Shown here one piece after another: positions 28,225-36,845 of a stretch of DNA of 64,000 bases. The notes beneath the pieces were generated by a model, which searched no databases, had not been told where the DNA came from, and was given only the letters and a program-made list of their open reading frames with translations. Both the position numbers and the translations under genes were made by a program. Positions within the stretch are counted from its first letter, which is position 1. Every line of letters begins with the position of its first letter. The DNA is from an uncultured Gammaproteobacteria bacterium (GTDB lineage: Bacteria > Patescibacteriota > Patescibacteriia > Patescibacteriales > GWC2-42-12), in the NCBI GenBank assembly GCA_964537265.1, contig CAZHZE010000001.1, forward strand, positions 91,103 through 155,102. Reading direction: 5' to 3'.

Positions 28225-28905
28225 TTATAAAACGTATTTGCCGACTGCTTGATCACTAACAATTAATCCGTTTTCTATAGTAATAACCCTTTTCTTTAGT
28301 TTATTAACAACTTCTCTATTATGAGTCACTAGAAGAACAGTGGTGCCAAATTTATTAATTTTCTGCAAAATTTCAATAATTTCGTCAGCATTAATAGAAT
28401 CTAAATTGCCTGTTGGTTCATCTGCTAAAAGAATTTTTGGTCGATGAACTAAAGCGCGAGCTATAACAGCTCGTTGCTGCTCGCCTCCGGAAATTTGTAG
28501 CGGATAACGATGCATTTTGTTTTCTAAACCCACAATCTTTAAAACTTGCGGGACAATACCATTTATTTTTTTCTGTGATTCTCCACAAACCTGCAGAGCG
28601 AAAGCAACATTTTCAAATAAAGTCTTTTTTTGCAATAATTTAAAATCTTGAAAAACTACGCCAATTTGTCTTCTTAAAACTGAAATTTCTGACTGACCTA
28701 TATTAGTAATATCCCATCCGCCAATTACTATTTTTCCTTCATCTGCCTTCTCTTCGCTTATTAAAAGTTTTACTAATGTTGTTTTTCCTGTGCCTGATTG
28801 ACCTACGATAGAAACAAATTCTCCGGGTTTGATATGCAAATTTACTTTACGAAGCGCAGTAATATCGGGCGGATAAATTTTAGTAATATTTTTTAAATTA
28901 ATCAT
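28225..28905 (-). CDS. ftsE: cell-division ATP-binding protein FtsE
   Basis: 226 aa. Walker A GQSGTGKTT, signature LQISGGEQQR, Walker B ILLADEP. Confidence 0.9.
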   Translation of the reverse strand: MINLKNITKIYPPDITALRKVNLHIKPGEFVSIVGQSGTGKTTLVKLLISEEKADEGKIVIGGWDITNIGQSEISVLRRQIGVVFQDFKLLQKKTLFENVAFALQVCGESQKKINGIVPQVLKIVGLENKMHRYPLQISGGEQQRAVIARALVHRPKILLADEPTGNLDSINADEIIEILQKINKFGTTVLLVTHNREVVNKLKKRVITIENGLIVSDQAVGKYVL

Positions 28906-28906
28906 A

Positions 28907-30508
28907 TTATTTATTTTTCAACACATATTTTAATAATCTCTCGGTCTCGTTAAAACTATTTTCCCTAGTATCAACACCCATGGTAACTGCAATTATATCT
29001 TTTCCTGAACTATTTTTTACTCTAACCATTAGACAATATTGAGATTCATCAATATAGCCAGTTTTAGACCCGGTGATATTAAAATTACTAATATGCAAAA
29101 GTTTATCAGTATTTTTTATAGTATGAGACTTTTTTGTATTATTGGTAATAAATTTATACTGAGCCATAGTGCTGGCTTTTTGAATAATCGGATTAGTATA
29201 AACTTCTTTAGTTATTATAGCATAATCAAGCGCTGAACTCACATTTTTAGGAGATAAACCTGTCGGTTCAATAAAATGTGTGATAGTAGCGCCCCAATTA
29301 ATTACTTCCTGATTCATTTTTTCTATAAATTCATCGCGCGTTAAACCGCTTACCCTAACCAAAGTTTCAATAGAATTATTGGCAGAACCGACTAAAGCGG
29401 CATAAAGCAAATCTTCAATAGTTAAAGTATCGCCATCGTTTAATTTCAATCTAGCTGATTCCCATTTATTTACATACTCATAATTATATTCTTCATCTTT
29501 TATGCTATAAGTGACTAAATTATTTAACGTCGGCTTAGTATCAAGAAAAACTTTAATAGCTACTAATTTAGTTAAACTCGCCAAAGGTAAGGTGCTAGTA
29601 GCATTTTTTTGCCAAAGTATTTCGCCTGTTTGTTCGTCAACGGCGACAGCTGATTTAGCGGTAAGCTTGAACTCTGTTTTAGCTCCTGAATCATCTATAT
29701 CTAAAATTTTATTATTTTCCGGAGTAACGCTAAGCGGTTGCACTCTCACATCAATTACTCCCGCGCCAATAGAAGATAATTTTTTAAAAGCCACTTTATC
29801 CAAATCAATAACTCTATCTGGGTGCAATTTTCTGTCCGGTCCAAAATCATTAACTACCACATCAACAAACTTATTGTTAGCGGTATTATAAACCCGCAGT
29901 TTTGAACCTTTAGGAAAATCCGGCGAAGCGGCGAATAAACCTCCCTTATATGAATACCAACTGGCTCGACCGGTAACTAAAGCTTCTGGGTTGGCAAAAA
30001 CTGCAATACGGGCAAACGGTAAATGGATTAAAGAACGCACAAATGATTTGTCCGGATAATCAACGGTTGGTAAAGGCCTCCATGAAGAATAATTTTTATC
30101 ATAATAAAAAACTTGCTTATAATAATTTGAGTCTTTATTATAAGATAACTGCACATAGAAAGGTTTTTTATTATCATAAGCGGATTTATTTTTAAATTCA
30201 AATTGATAAACATTACTTAATCTTTCCAGCTGCCAAGGCTCATCCATCTCTTCATTTAATTCTACAATTTCTACTCCCGTCGAATCGCTTAATATTCCGG
30301 GAGTTAAAGAAAGTTTTAAAACATCCTTAAAAGCGCCAACTGTATAACCTCGAACGATTGTTTTTTTGTCTAAATTTATAAAGTAAAAATTGTTTTGTGA
30401 TGATATATTATTTTTCTGCGCATAAACAAAACCACCGGCCGTTTGCGCCAGCGTTAATATTAGAAAAAATATTACAATTTTACTATAAATTTGACTTTGC
30501 CCAATCAT
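28907..30508 (-). CDS. secreted fusion protein: RlpA-like DPBB domain plus S11 D-alanyl-D-alanine carboxypeptidase domain
   Basis: 533 aa. Signal/TM, GRASWYSYKGGLFAASPDFPKGSKLRVYN...VVVNDFGPD (RlpA DPBB). Then SLTK (SxxK), GSANNS (SxN), SKTGYI (KTG). Its stop is 1 nt before the ftsE ATG. Confidence 0.75.
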   Translation of the reverse strand: MIGQSQIYSKIVIFFLILTLAQTAGGFVYAQKNNISSQNNFYFINLDKKTIVRGYTVGAFKDVLKLSLTPGILSDSTGVEIVELNEEMDEPWQLERLSNVYQFEFKNKSAYDNKKPFYVQLSYNKDSNYYKQVFYYDKNYSSWRPLPTVDYPDKSFVRSLIHLPFARIAVFANPEALVTGRASWYSYKGGLFAASPDFPKGSKLRVYNTANNKFVDVVVNDFGPDRKLHPDRVIDLDKVAFKKLSSIGAGVIDVRVQPLSVTPENNKILDIDDSGAKTEFKLTAKSAVAVDEQTGEILWQKNATSTLPLASLTKLVAIKVFLDTKPTLNNLVTYSIKDEEYNYEYVNKWESARLKLNDGDTLTIEDLLYAALVGSANNSIETLVRVSGLTRDEFIEKMNQEVINWGATITHFIEPTGLSPKNVSSALDYAIITKEVYTNPIIQKASTMAQYKFITNNTKKSHTIKNTDKLLHISNFNITGSKTGYIDESQYCLMVRVKNSSGKDIIAVTMGVDTRENSFNETERLLKYVLKNK

Positions 30509-30554
30509 ATAAATATAATTATATCATAAAATACGTAAAAATTAAAAATTTTAA

Positions 30555-30625
30555 GCGGGTATAGTATAATGGCAGTACGCGACCTTCCCAAGGTTGAGGC
30601 ACGGGTTCAATTCCCGTTACCCGCT
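30555..30625 (+). tRNA. tRNA-Gly (anticodon CCC), no encoded CCA
   Basis: Acceptor GCGGGTA/TACCCGC, anticodon loop TTCCCAA, T arm ACGGG-TTCAATT-CCCGT. Confidence 0.9.
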
Positions 30626-30629
30626 CCCT

Positions 30630-30962
30630 ATGTTAAAAAAATCTGAATATATTAAAATTCGAGTTAGCGTACCCGTTGAAGCCGCCGATAAAATTCGTCT
30701 AGCGATTGGTAAAGCTGGCGCCGGACAGCAAGGAAATTACAAATTCACTAGTTCTTCTTTAAAGCAGACTGGTTATTTTAAGCCTATGGCCGGCGCACAT
30801 CCAGCGATTGGCGAAATTGGCAAACTTGAAAAAGTACAAGAAGAATTAATCGAAACCATCTGCCACAAAAATTTAGTAAAAAAAGTTATTTTTGAAATTA
30901 AAAAAGTACATCCTTACGAAGAACCAGCTATTGATATTATACCCAGATATGATATAGTTTGA
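30630..30962 (+). CDS. PII-like small protein (COG3323 / NIF3-insert-like family)
   Basis: The track ORF starts at a TTG inside tRNA-Gly. The ATG at 30630 gives 110 aa: MLKKSEYIKIRVSVPVEAADKIRLAIGKAGAGQQGNY...HPYEEPAIDI. Confidence 0.55.
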   Translation: MLKKSEYIKIRVSVPVEAADKIRLAIGKAGAGQQGNYKFTSSSLKQTGYFKPMAGAHPAIGEIGKLEKVQEELIETICHKNLVKKVIFEIKKVHPYEEPAIDIIPRYDIV

Positions 30963-30968
30963 TTTTAT

Positions 30969-31041
30969 GCCGAGATAGCTCAACTGGTAGAGCAGCGGTA
31001 TCGTAAACCGCAGGTTGGAGGTTCAATTCCTCTTCTCGGCT
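30969..31041 (+). tRNA. tRNA-Thr (anticodon CGU), no encoded CCA
   Basis: Acceptor GCCGAGA/TCTCGGC, anticodon loop ATCGTAA, T arm GGAGG-TTCAATT-CCTCT. Confidence 0.9.
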
Positions 31042-31101
31042 CAAAAAATAATTTTGTAAACTATAAGTTCGCCCCGTTTTGATATTTCAGAAATAAGCAC
31101 C

Positions 31102-31131
31102 GAGGAGCTTCAATTTACGGTCTCGGCTCAA
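31102..31131 (+). repeat. degenerate duplicate of the tRNA-Thr 3' end (T-loop to acceptor 3' strand)
   Basis: TTCAATT-5 nt-TCTCGGCTCAA recurs 87 nt downstream with identical spacing. 18 of 23 positions are identical, including an exact 11-mer at 31034-31044 = 31121-31131. Confidence 0.6.
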
Positions 31132-31134
31132 TAT

Positions 31135-31166
31135 AAAAACAACCTTAATTTTTGGGGTTGTTTTTT
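31135..31166. terminator. bidirectional rho-independent terminator
   Basis: AAAAACAACC ... GGTTGTTTTTT. Confidence 0.7.
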
Positions 31167-31178
31167 ATTAACGATATT

Positions 31179-32489
31179 TTAATTAGCTAAAATAAAAATT
31201 TTTATTTTTGATAATTTCTCGGCGACATATTGGTCTAAAGTTTTTGCGCCGACAAAAAGATATTTAATGCCTAATTGTCCGTTTATATTATTAATTACCT
31301 GAACAATATAATACCCCGTGGGGCTTAAAATTATATCGCTAATTTGGTTATCTTTTAGGTTTAAAATGCCTGGGCCGAAAATTTTTGAAGCATCTTCAGC
31401 ATTATAATAACTTAAATCTTGATATTTGTCGGCGTACCTGCTTAATTCTTCTATGTTGTTAATATTTTTTACCAGGTCATTAATTTTTTTAATTCTAGAG
31501 AAACCTACTTGGTTATAATCATCGTCTACGATGAAAGATTTAACCAAATCTTCTTCCTGGGTGTTAGGCGGCAAATTATATTTTTTGCTTAAATTATTTA
31601 GAATTAACCAATTAGCCAAAATATCTCTTTTTTGATTTAAATTATTAAAGTTGTTTTTATTTATATTTATAAAATCATGATAATTAATTATTCCTTGGCT
31701 TGTTATTACCGCCGGCACTGGTATAGAATATTCTATTTTTTTAACAAAACTATTATCAATTTTAAATCTTAAAACCAATAAACAAAAAAATAGATAAGTA
31801 AAAATTAAAAAAATAAATAAATACAGTATGCCATAAAAAAAATTTTTCTTAACCGCTAAAAACAGACTATTTAATTTGTATTTTAAATTTTTTTTAAAAA
31901 TTTTAATAGCTTTTTTACGTTTTATTTTTATTTTTTCTTTAGCTTTAATTTTAGCTAATTTTAATTCTTCTTTTATTCTTTTTATTTCCTCTGCGCGCTT
32001 TATCTTTTCTAAACGCTTATTTTCCCTTATTACTCTTTCTCCTTCTTTTGCTTCCTCCTCTAATTTTAATTTTTCTTGCAACTTTTTACTTTTTTCAATT
32101 TTAGCCTTTTCCTCAGCTTCAATTTTGGCTTTTTTTATCATGATTTCAGCCTGGGCCTTTTCTTTGATTTGACGTTTATTTTTTTCAACAATTTCTTTTT
32201 TAACCAATTCTTCTTGCTGAATTTTTTCTTGAGATTTTTCTATATTTAAACCTATATTTTTCTTTTCTATATCTTTACTATTTAAAGATGATTTTTTAAA
32301 TATATCCCTAACTTTTGATTTAATTCCATCAACTTTATTAAAACCGGAAGGCAAAATTTCGGGAATTTCCTTTTTTTCGACTAGTTCCGTATCTTTTTCT
32401 CCTATATATCTTAAAACTATTTTACGATTCTCTTTAATTTCTTCTGGGGTTAATTTTTTTATGCCATCTAAACTTTTTACCATAAACAA
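31179..32489 (-). CDS. membrane-anchored protein with long Lys/Glu-rich coiled coil and a weakly parvulin/SurA-like C-terminus
   Basis: 436 aa. About 130 aa of KE-rich low complexity, one TM, C-terminal ...SPTGYYIVQV... (weak PpiC-like resemblance). Confidence 0.45.
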   Translation of the reverse strand: MFMVKSLDGIKKLTPEEIKENRKIVLRYIGEKDTELVEKKEIPEILPSGFNKVDGIKSKVRDIFKKSSLNSKDIEKKNIGLNIEKSQEKIQQEELVKKEIVEKNKRQIKEKAQAEIMIKKAKIEAEEKAKIEKSKKLQEKLKLEEEAKEGERVIRENKRLEKIKRAEEIKRIKEELKLAKIKAKEKIKIKRKKAIKIFKKNLKYKLNSLFLAVKKNFFYGILYLFIFLIFTYLFFCLLVLRFKIDNSFVKKIEYSIPVPAVITSQGIINYHDFININKNNFNNLNQKRDILANWLILNNLSKKYNLPPNTQEEDLVKSFIVDDDYNQVGFSRIKKINDLVKNINNIEELSRYADKYQDLSYYNAEDASKIFGPGILNLKDNQISDIILSPTGYYIVQVINNINGQLGIKYLFVGAKTLDQYVAEKLSKIKIFILAN

Positions 32490-32506
32490 AATATTAATAA
32501 ATTACA

Positions 32507-32941
32507 TTACTTTAAAAAATAATTAAGCCATTTTTCCGGGTTTGACTTCTTAACTTCTGGTTTTATTTTTTCGTAACCAGGAATGCTAAAAATTGTCTGG
32601 CTGCTAGAAGAATTTTCAATTAAACTATTTTCATTTGCATTTTTTATTATCATTACTTCTTCGCCAGGTTTTTTTAGACCTAAATTAAGTCTGGCCTGCT
32701 CTTCAGCAAATTGGTCAGATTCCAAATAGGAAACAAAATTTTTTAAATCAACGTTTTTATTTTGTAAATCAGCAATTTCTTTTTTCAGTTCACTAATTTC
32801 TTTATTAATCTTATACTGCTTAAGAGTGTTTTTTATAAAAGGAAAACTAATTAAAATAATTATAATTAAACCTAGCGATGCTAAAAATTTTTGGTTAAAG
32901 AATATTTTTTGAAAATTATTATTTTTTCTTTTTGCAATCAT
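32507..32941 (-). CDS. septum formation initiator FtsB/DivIC-like
   Basis: 144 aa. One TM then a leucine-zipper-like coiled coil, and ...SDQFAEEQARLNLGLKKPGEEV typical of the DivIC/FtsB family. Confidence 0.7.
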   Translation of the reverse strand: MIAKRKNNNFQKIFFNQKFLASLGLIIIILISFPFIKNTLKQYKINKEISELKKEIADLQNKNVDLKNFVSYLESDQFAEEQARLNLGLKKPGEEVMIIKNANENSLIENSSSSQTIFSIPGYEKIKPEVKKSNPEKWLNYFLK

Positions 32942-32973
32942 ACATATTTAAATTATCTGCTTTTTCGGAGTAA

Positions 32974-33180
32974 TTATAATAGTATTATTATACCAACAAT
33001 CAGCCAAAATATCAAAACGTAATTTAAATTTAAATAAGCTAAAATAATTCCCGGCCAAAATATTTCTAAACAAACAAAAATTATTAGAGCTACGGTAAAA
33101 ATATAGAATAATTCATAAAAAAAACATTTAAAATATTCTTTTATTTTGGCGAATTTTTCGCTTTTTATATTATCAAGCAT
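32974..33180 (-). CDS. small two-TM membrane protein
   Basis: 68 aa hydrophobic ORF, same strand and tight spacing within the operon. Confidence 0.4.
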   Translation of the reverse strand: MLDNIKSEKFAKIKEYFKCFFYELFYIFTVALIIFVCLEIFWPGIILAYLNLNYVLIFWLIVGIIILL

Positions 33181-33191
33181 AATTATCTAAA

Positions 33192-34598
33192 CTAAAAATA
33201 TTTTTTAATCTTTTCTTTAAGGCTAGTGCCATAAAGATCAACTTTTATTTCTTTTATAATAACTTGCCCCTGAGTAAATTCTTCGGCCTTAAGAGAAGGA
33301 ATGGAAATTAAAAATTGATATTTTCCCTTTTCTTGATAAGCTTTAGTTAAATCAAAATCAGCGCTAGCTATTTGCCAACCGTCATAGTCAATCGGCGTTT
33401 CATAATTTGTTAAAACATATTCTATATTTTCGTTTTTTATATCTAAACTTTCGCTGATATTTTTAAAACTTGGGTCAAGCAAACTATCTTCTGAAAAACT
33501 AAAAACACCATCTCCGGAAATAATCATATCGTCCTTATAAAGTTCTATTTTTACCGGCTGAACTAAAGTTTTCATTGAAAATTGTCTATAAGTTTCTTCA
33601 ATATCTAAAAAATTATCGCCAATTTTTAGTCTGCCAGCACTAGCGGGATTTATAGTTTGGGCGTTAACTAAACGGCTATTAGTAAATAAAATTATATTAT
33701 TTTTATTGCCTTCAGCTAGCCAAATTTTATTAATTAAAGAAAATTGGCTTTGTTTTGTCTTTATGCTATCAGTTATTATATCGTCATTAACAATAATGCT
33801 AAAACGATAAACACCTTCTGGCAAATCAGGCATTTTTATAGAGGCTTGACGTTCAACTTCATCTTTATTTTTATCGTTAATAATTATTGAATAGATTTCC
33901 TTGCTGCCTGAATAAATTTTAATTTCAACTGGATCTTCGTCAGCGTTAATATTTAAGTCGCTAAAATTAAAATTATAATTAAGCTCCTCCTGTTTTATGT
34001 AAGTATAAAATTGATAAGAACCGCGAAATTTATAATTAATTATATTATTTTCTTGCGTTGGCTTGTAATTACCAATTAAAAAATTGTCTTTAAGGCTATA
34101 ATTATATAAAGCGATTTTATCCTTGACCGGTAAATTATTAGAAAATTCTTCAACTGTATTATATTTTTTTTCACGCTGGATTAATTTTATATCATCTTCC
34201 CCTCTTGTAATTTGCCAAACTAAAAGCAACTGGTCAATAATTTTATTTTGCAAAGGCTTTAAATCATAGCTCCAGGAATTTTTATTATTCAGCAGACCAA
34301 TTTCCATAATCGGAAAAGTTGTATTGTTTTTAAATTTTATAGTTACTTTGGCATGCTCAAATCTTCTTGACGGTTTTAAAGAAAAATAAATCGGATCGCC
34401 TTTTATTTCTGCGCCTGTTTCTTTTGTAATAACTCTTTCCTCTGGGGCTAATTTACCAATAAAATAACTTGGACGGCTAAAATTATAAATGTAGCTTATA
34501 GACCCCGACGGCACTATTTTCATATAAACAAACCAGCTAATAATTATACCTAAAATTAGCCATAAAAAAACTCTAATTTTAAAAAATGTTTTATTCAT
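33192..34598 (-). CDS. hypothetical N-terminally anchored extracytoplasmic protein
   Basis: 468 aa. One N-terminal TM, no recognisable motif. Overlaps the upstream GT gene by 8 nt. Confidence 0.5.
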   Translation of the reverse strand: MNKTFFKIRVFLWLILGIIISWFVYMKIVPSGSISYIYNFSRPSYFIGKLAPEERVITKETGAEIKGDPIYFSLKPSRRFEHAKVTIKFKNNTTFPIMEIGLLNNKNSWSYDLKPLQNKIIDQLLLVWQITRGEDDIKLIQREKKYNTVEEFSNNLPVKDKIALYNYSLKDNFLIGNYKPTQENNIINYKFRGSYQFYTYIKQEELNYNFNFSDLNINADEDPVEIKIYSGSKEIYSIIINDKNKDEVERQASIKMPDLPEGVYRFSIIVNDDIITDSIKTKQSQFSLINKIWLAEGNKNNIILFTNSRLVNAQTINPASAGRLKIGDNFLDIEETYRQFSMKTLVQPVKIELYKDDMIISGDGVFSFSEDSLLDPSFKNISESLDIKNENIEYVLTNYETPIDYDGWQIASADFDLTKAYQEKGKYQFLISIPSLKAEEFTQGQVIIKEIKVDLYGTSLKEKIKKYF

Positions 34599-35730
34599 TA
34601 TTAAATATTTTTAAATATTGTTCGGCCGCATTACGCCAATTAAATTTTTTTGCCTGTTCTAATCCTCGAACAACTAATTTATTTTTTAAATTTTCATCAC
34701 CAAGTATCTGCTTAATTGCTTGAGCTATATCATTAATATTATAAGGATCAACCATCAGCGATGCTTCTTCTACTACTTCTGGCAAACTTGCGGCATAGCT
34801 CGTAATAACTGGGCAGCCGCAAGCCATGGCTTCTAAGGGTGGGAAGCCAAAACCTTCATAAAAAGACGGGTAAATAAAAACTGAGGCCGAACTATAAAAA
34901 TAAATTCTCTCTTGGCTATTTATATAACCTAAAAATTTAATATCATTTTTAAACTCTGATCTACCCCATTCTTTATAGACATTATTGCTTTTCCACCCCT
35001 TATCGCCTATTATTACCAATTTATAATCTTTAAATTTACTACTACTTTTTCGTAATTCATTATAAGCCTTAATTACTCCCTCGACATTTTTTCGCGGCTC
35101 AACCGTGCCTAAATATAATATATATTTATCTGATAATTCATATTTACTTTTAACAGCAGATCGCTTGCTTTCGTTAATTTCTTTATTAATAAATTCTTCT
35201 GACAACCCGGGATAAATAACTTTTATTTTATTTTCATTTATATCGCACAATTTCACAATATCTCTCTTAGTATTTTCACTCACCGCTATTATCATATCAA
35301 ATCGCTTAATTAACTTTTTAACATTAATCATCTTGTGCCAAAAATTCTTGCGCCAGCTAAAAAATTCTGAATATTTTAGAAAAGATAGATCATGAATAGT
35401 AATTATTTTTTTGCCGGCCAAAGACATGCCAATAAAATTTATATGGGGCATAAAAAAAGTATCAACCATCAAATCTTTATTTATTTTAGGGTAATTAAAA
35501 AATTTAAAAAGCAAATAATTTAAAATTTTATTGGGATAATTATATTTTACGAGCCGAACATTATTTTCTTTAAATTCGGGCATTTTAAAATCGCCGAATG
35601 AATTATAAAAAAGCCGGTATTCATTATTATGATCCAGCCTTAAAATCTCCTTAATTAAATTAACTGTATATTCGGACACGCCGCTATATCGCGAGTCCAT
35701 AAGAGTTCTTATGTCGATACCAATTTTCAT
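34591..35730 (-). CDS. glycosyltransferase family 4 (GT-B)
   Basis: 379 aa. EGFGFPPLEAMACGCPVITS EX7E-type motif. Confidence 0.85.
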   Translation of the reverse strand: MKIGIDIRTLMDSRYSGVSEYTVNLIKEILRLDHNNEYRLFYNSFGDFKMPEFKENNVRLVKYNYPNKILNYLLFKFFNYPKINKDLMVDTFFMPHINFIGMSLAGKKIITIHDLSFLKYSEFFSWRKNFWHKMINVKKLIKRFDMIIAVSENTKRDIVKLCDINENKIKVIYPGLSEEFINKEINESKRSAVKSKYELSDKYILYLGTVEPRKNVEGVIKAYNELRKSSSKFKDYKLVIIGDKGWKSNNVYKEWGRSEFKNDIKFLGYINSQERIYFYSSASVFIYPSFYEGFGFPPLEAMACGCPVITSYAASLPEVVEEASLMVDPYNINDIAQAIKQILGDENLKNKLVVRGLEQAKKFNWRNAAEQYLKIFNNE

Positions 35731-36837
35731 CTAATTATCTTTAAAATTTTTCCATGATTCTTCTATATATTCTTTCATATCTTTTTTAAATCTCTCTACG
35801 CTAAATTTTTCTGCATGCCTCCTAATTACTTGAGGATCGAATTTAGAGCTGTTAAAATTTTGTAAAGCTTCAGCTAAACTATTTGCAGTCTGCTCTTTAA
35901 AAAATGTTCCGGTTACACCGTCGACTACTGTTTCCGTAGCTCCACCTTTGGCATAAGCGATTACTGGCCGGCCACTAGCCATAGCTTCGACCGCAGTAAT
36001 GCCGAAATCTTCTTCTTGCGGATAAATAAAGGCTAAACAATGGCTATAGAGATCGGCTTTAGCAACATCATCTACCCAGCCCAAAAATTCAATATTAGTA
36101 TAACCTTTAGCTATGTCTTCAAGTCTAGTTAAATCTATGCCGTCCCCATAAATTTTTAATTTTTTGCCAGTTTTTTTGCAAGCCTCTACCACTAAATCAA
36201 CTCTTTTATAAGGCGCTAAACGGCCACCAATTAAAAAATAATCCCCTACTTGCTCGGCAATTTTAAATTGCTCGGTTTCTACCGGCGGATAAATTACAGT
36301 TGATTCCTTCTTGTAATATTTTTTTATTCTTTTAGCCACAAATTTAGAATTGGCAATATATTGATCAACTCTGTCGGCAGCTAGTCTATCCCACATTCTA
36401 ATGTAATTTAACACCAACGATATAACTTTTTTAAAATATTTATTATATTTTAACTCATTTATATATTGATGCGTATCGCTCCAAAGATAGCGTGTCGGCG
36501 TATGGCAATAACATATATGAAGAGTATGACTGGAAGTTATTACACCTTTGGCGAATGAGCTAGTATCAGAAATTACTAAATCAAAGTTAGATAAATCAAA
36601 AAATTCTACAGCCATAGGCATAAAAGGCATATACCATTGATAATGGGAAATTCCGCCTGGCAATTTTTGGATAATTGAAGTTTCAATATTACGATGGCGA
36701 TAATATTTATCCGTATGCTTTTTCTCATAAAGCAAAGTAAAAATTGGGGCCTCCGGAAACATTTCGGCTAAAACCTTTAAAACTTTTTCGGCTCCGCCGT
36801 CTTGTGCTAAATGATCATGGATTAAAGCTACTTTCAT
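35731..36837 (-). CDS. glycosyltransferase family 4 (GT-B)
   Basis: 368 aa. EDFGITAVEAMASGRPVIAY motif. Confidence 0.85.
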   Translation of the reverse strand: MKVALIHDHLAQDGGAEKVLKVLAEMFPEAPIFTLLYEKKHTDKYYRHRNIETSIIQKLPGGISHYQWYMPFMPMAVEFFDLSNFDLVISDTSSFAKGVITSSHTLHICYCHTPTRYLWSDTHQYINELKYNKYFKKVISLVLNYIRMWDRLAADRVDQYIANSKFVAKRIKKYYKKESTVIYPPVETEQFKIAEQVGDYFLIGGRLAPYKRVDLVVEACKKTGKKLKIYGDGIDLTRLEDIAKGYTNIEFLGWVDDVAKADLYSHCLAFIYPQEEDFGITAVEAMASGRPVIAYAKGGATETVVDGVTGTFFKEQTANSLAEALQNFNSSKFDPQVIRRHAEKFSVERFKKDMKEYIEESWKNFKDN

Positions 36838-36845
36838 ATTTAAAT

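Noticed and set aside
31876-32172. Apparent tandem repetition in DNA within 31179..32489
   Set aside because: It reflects the Lys/Glu-rich low-complexity coding region (AAA/GAA codon runs) rather than a discrete repeat element.
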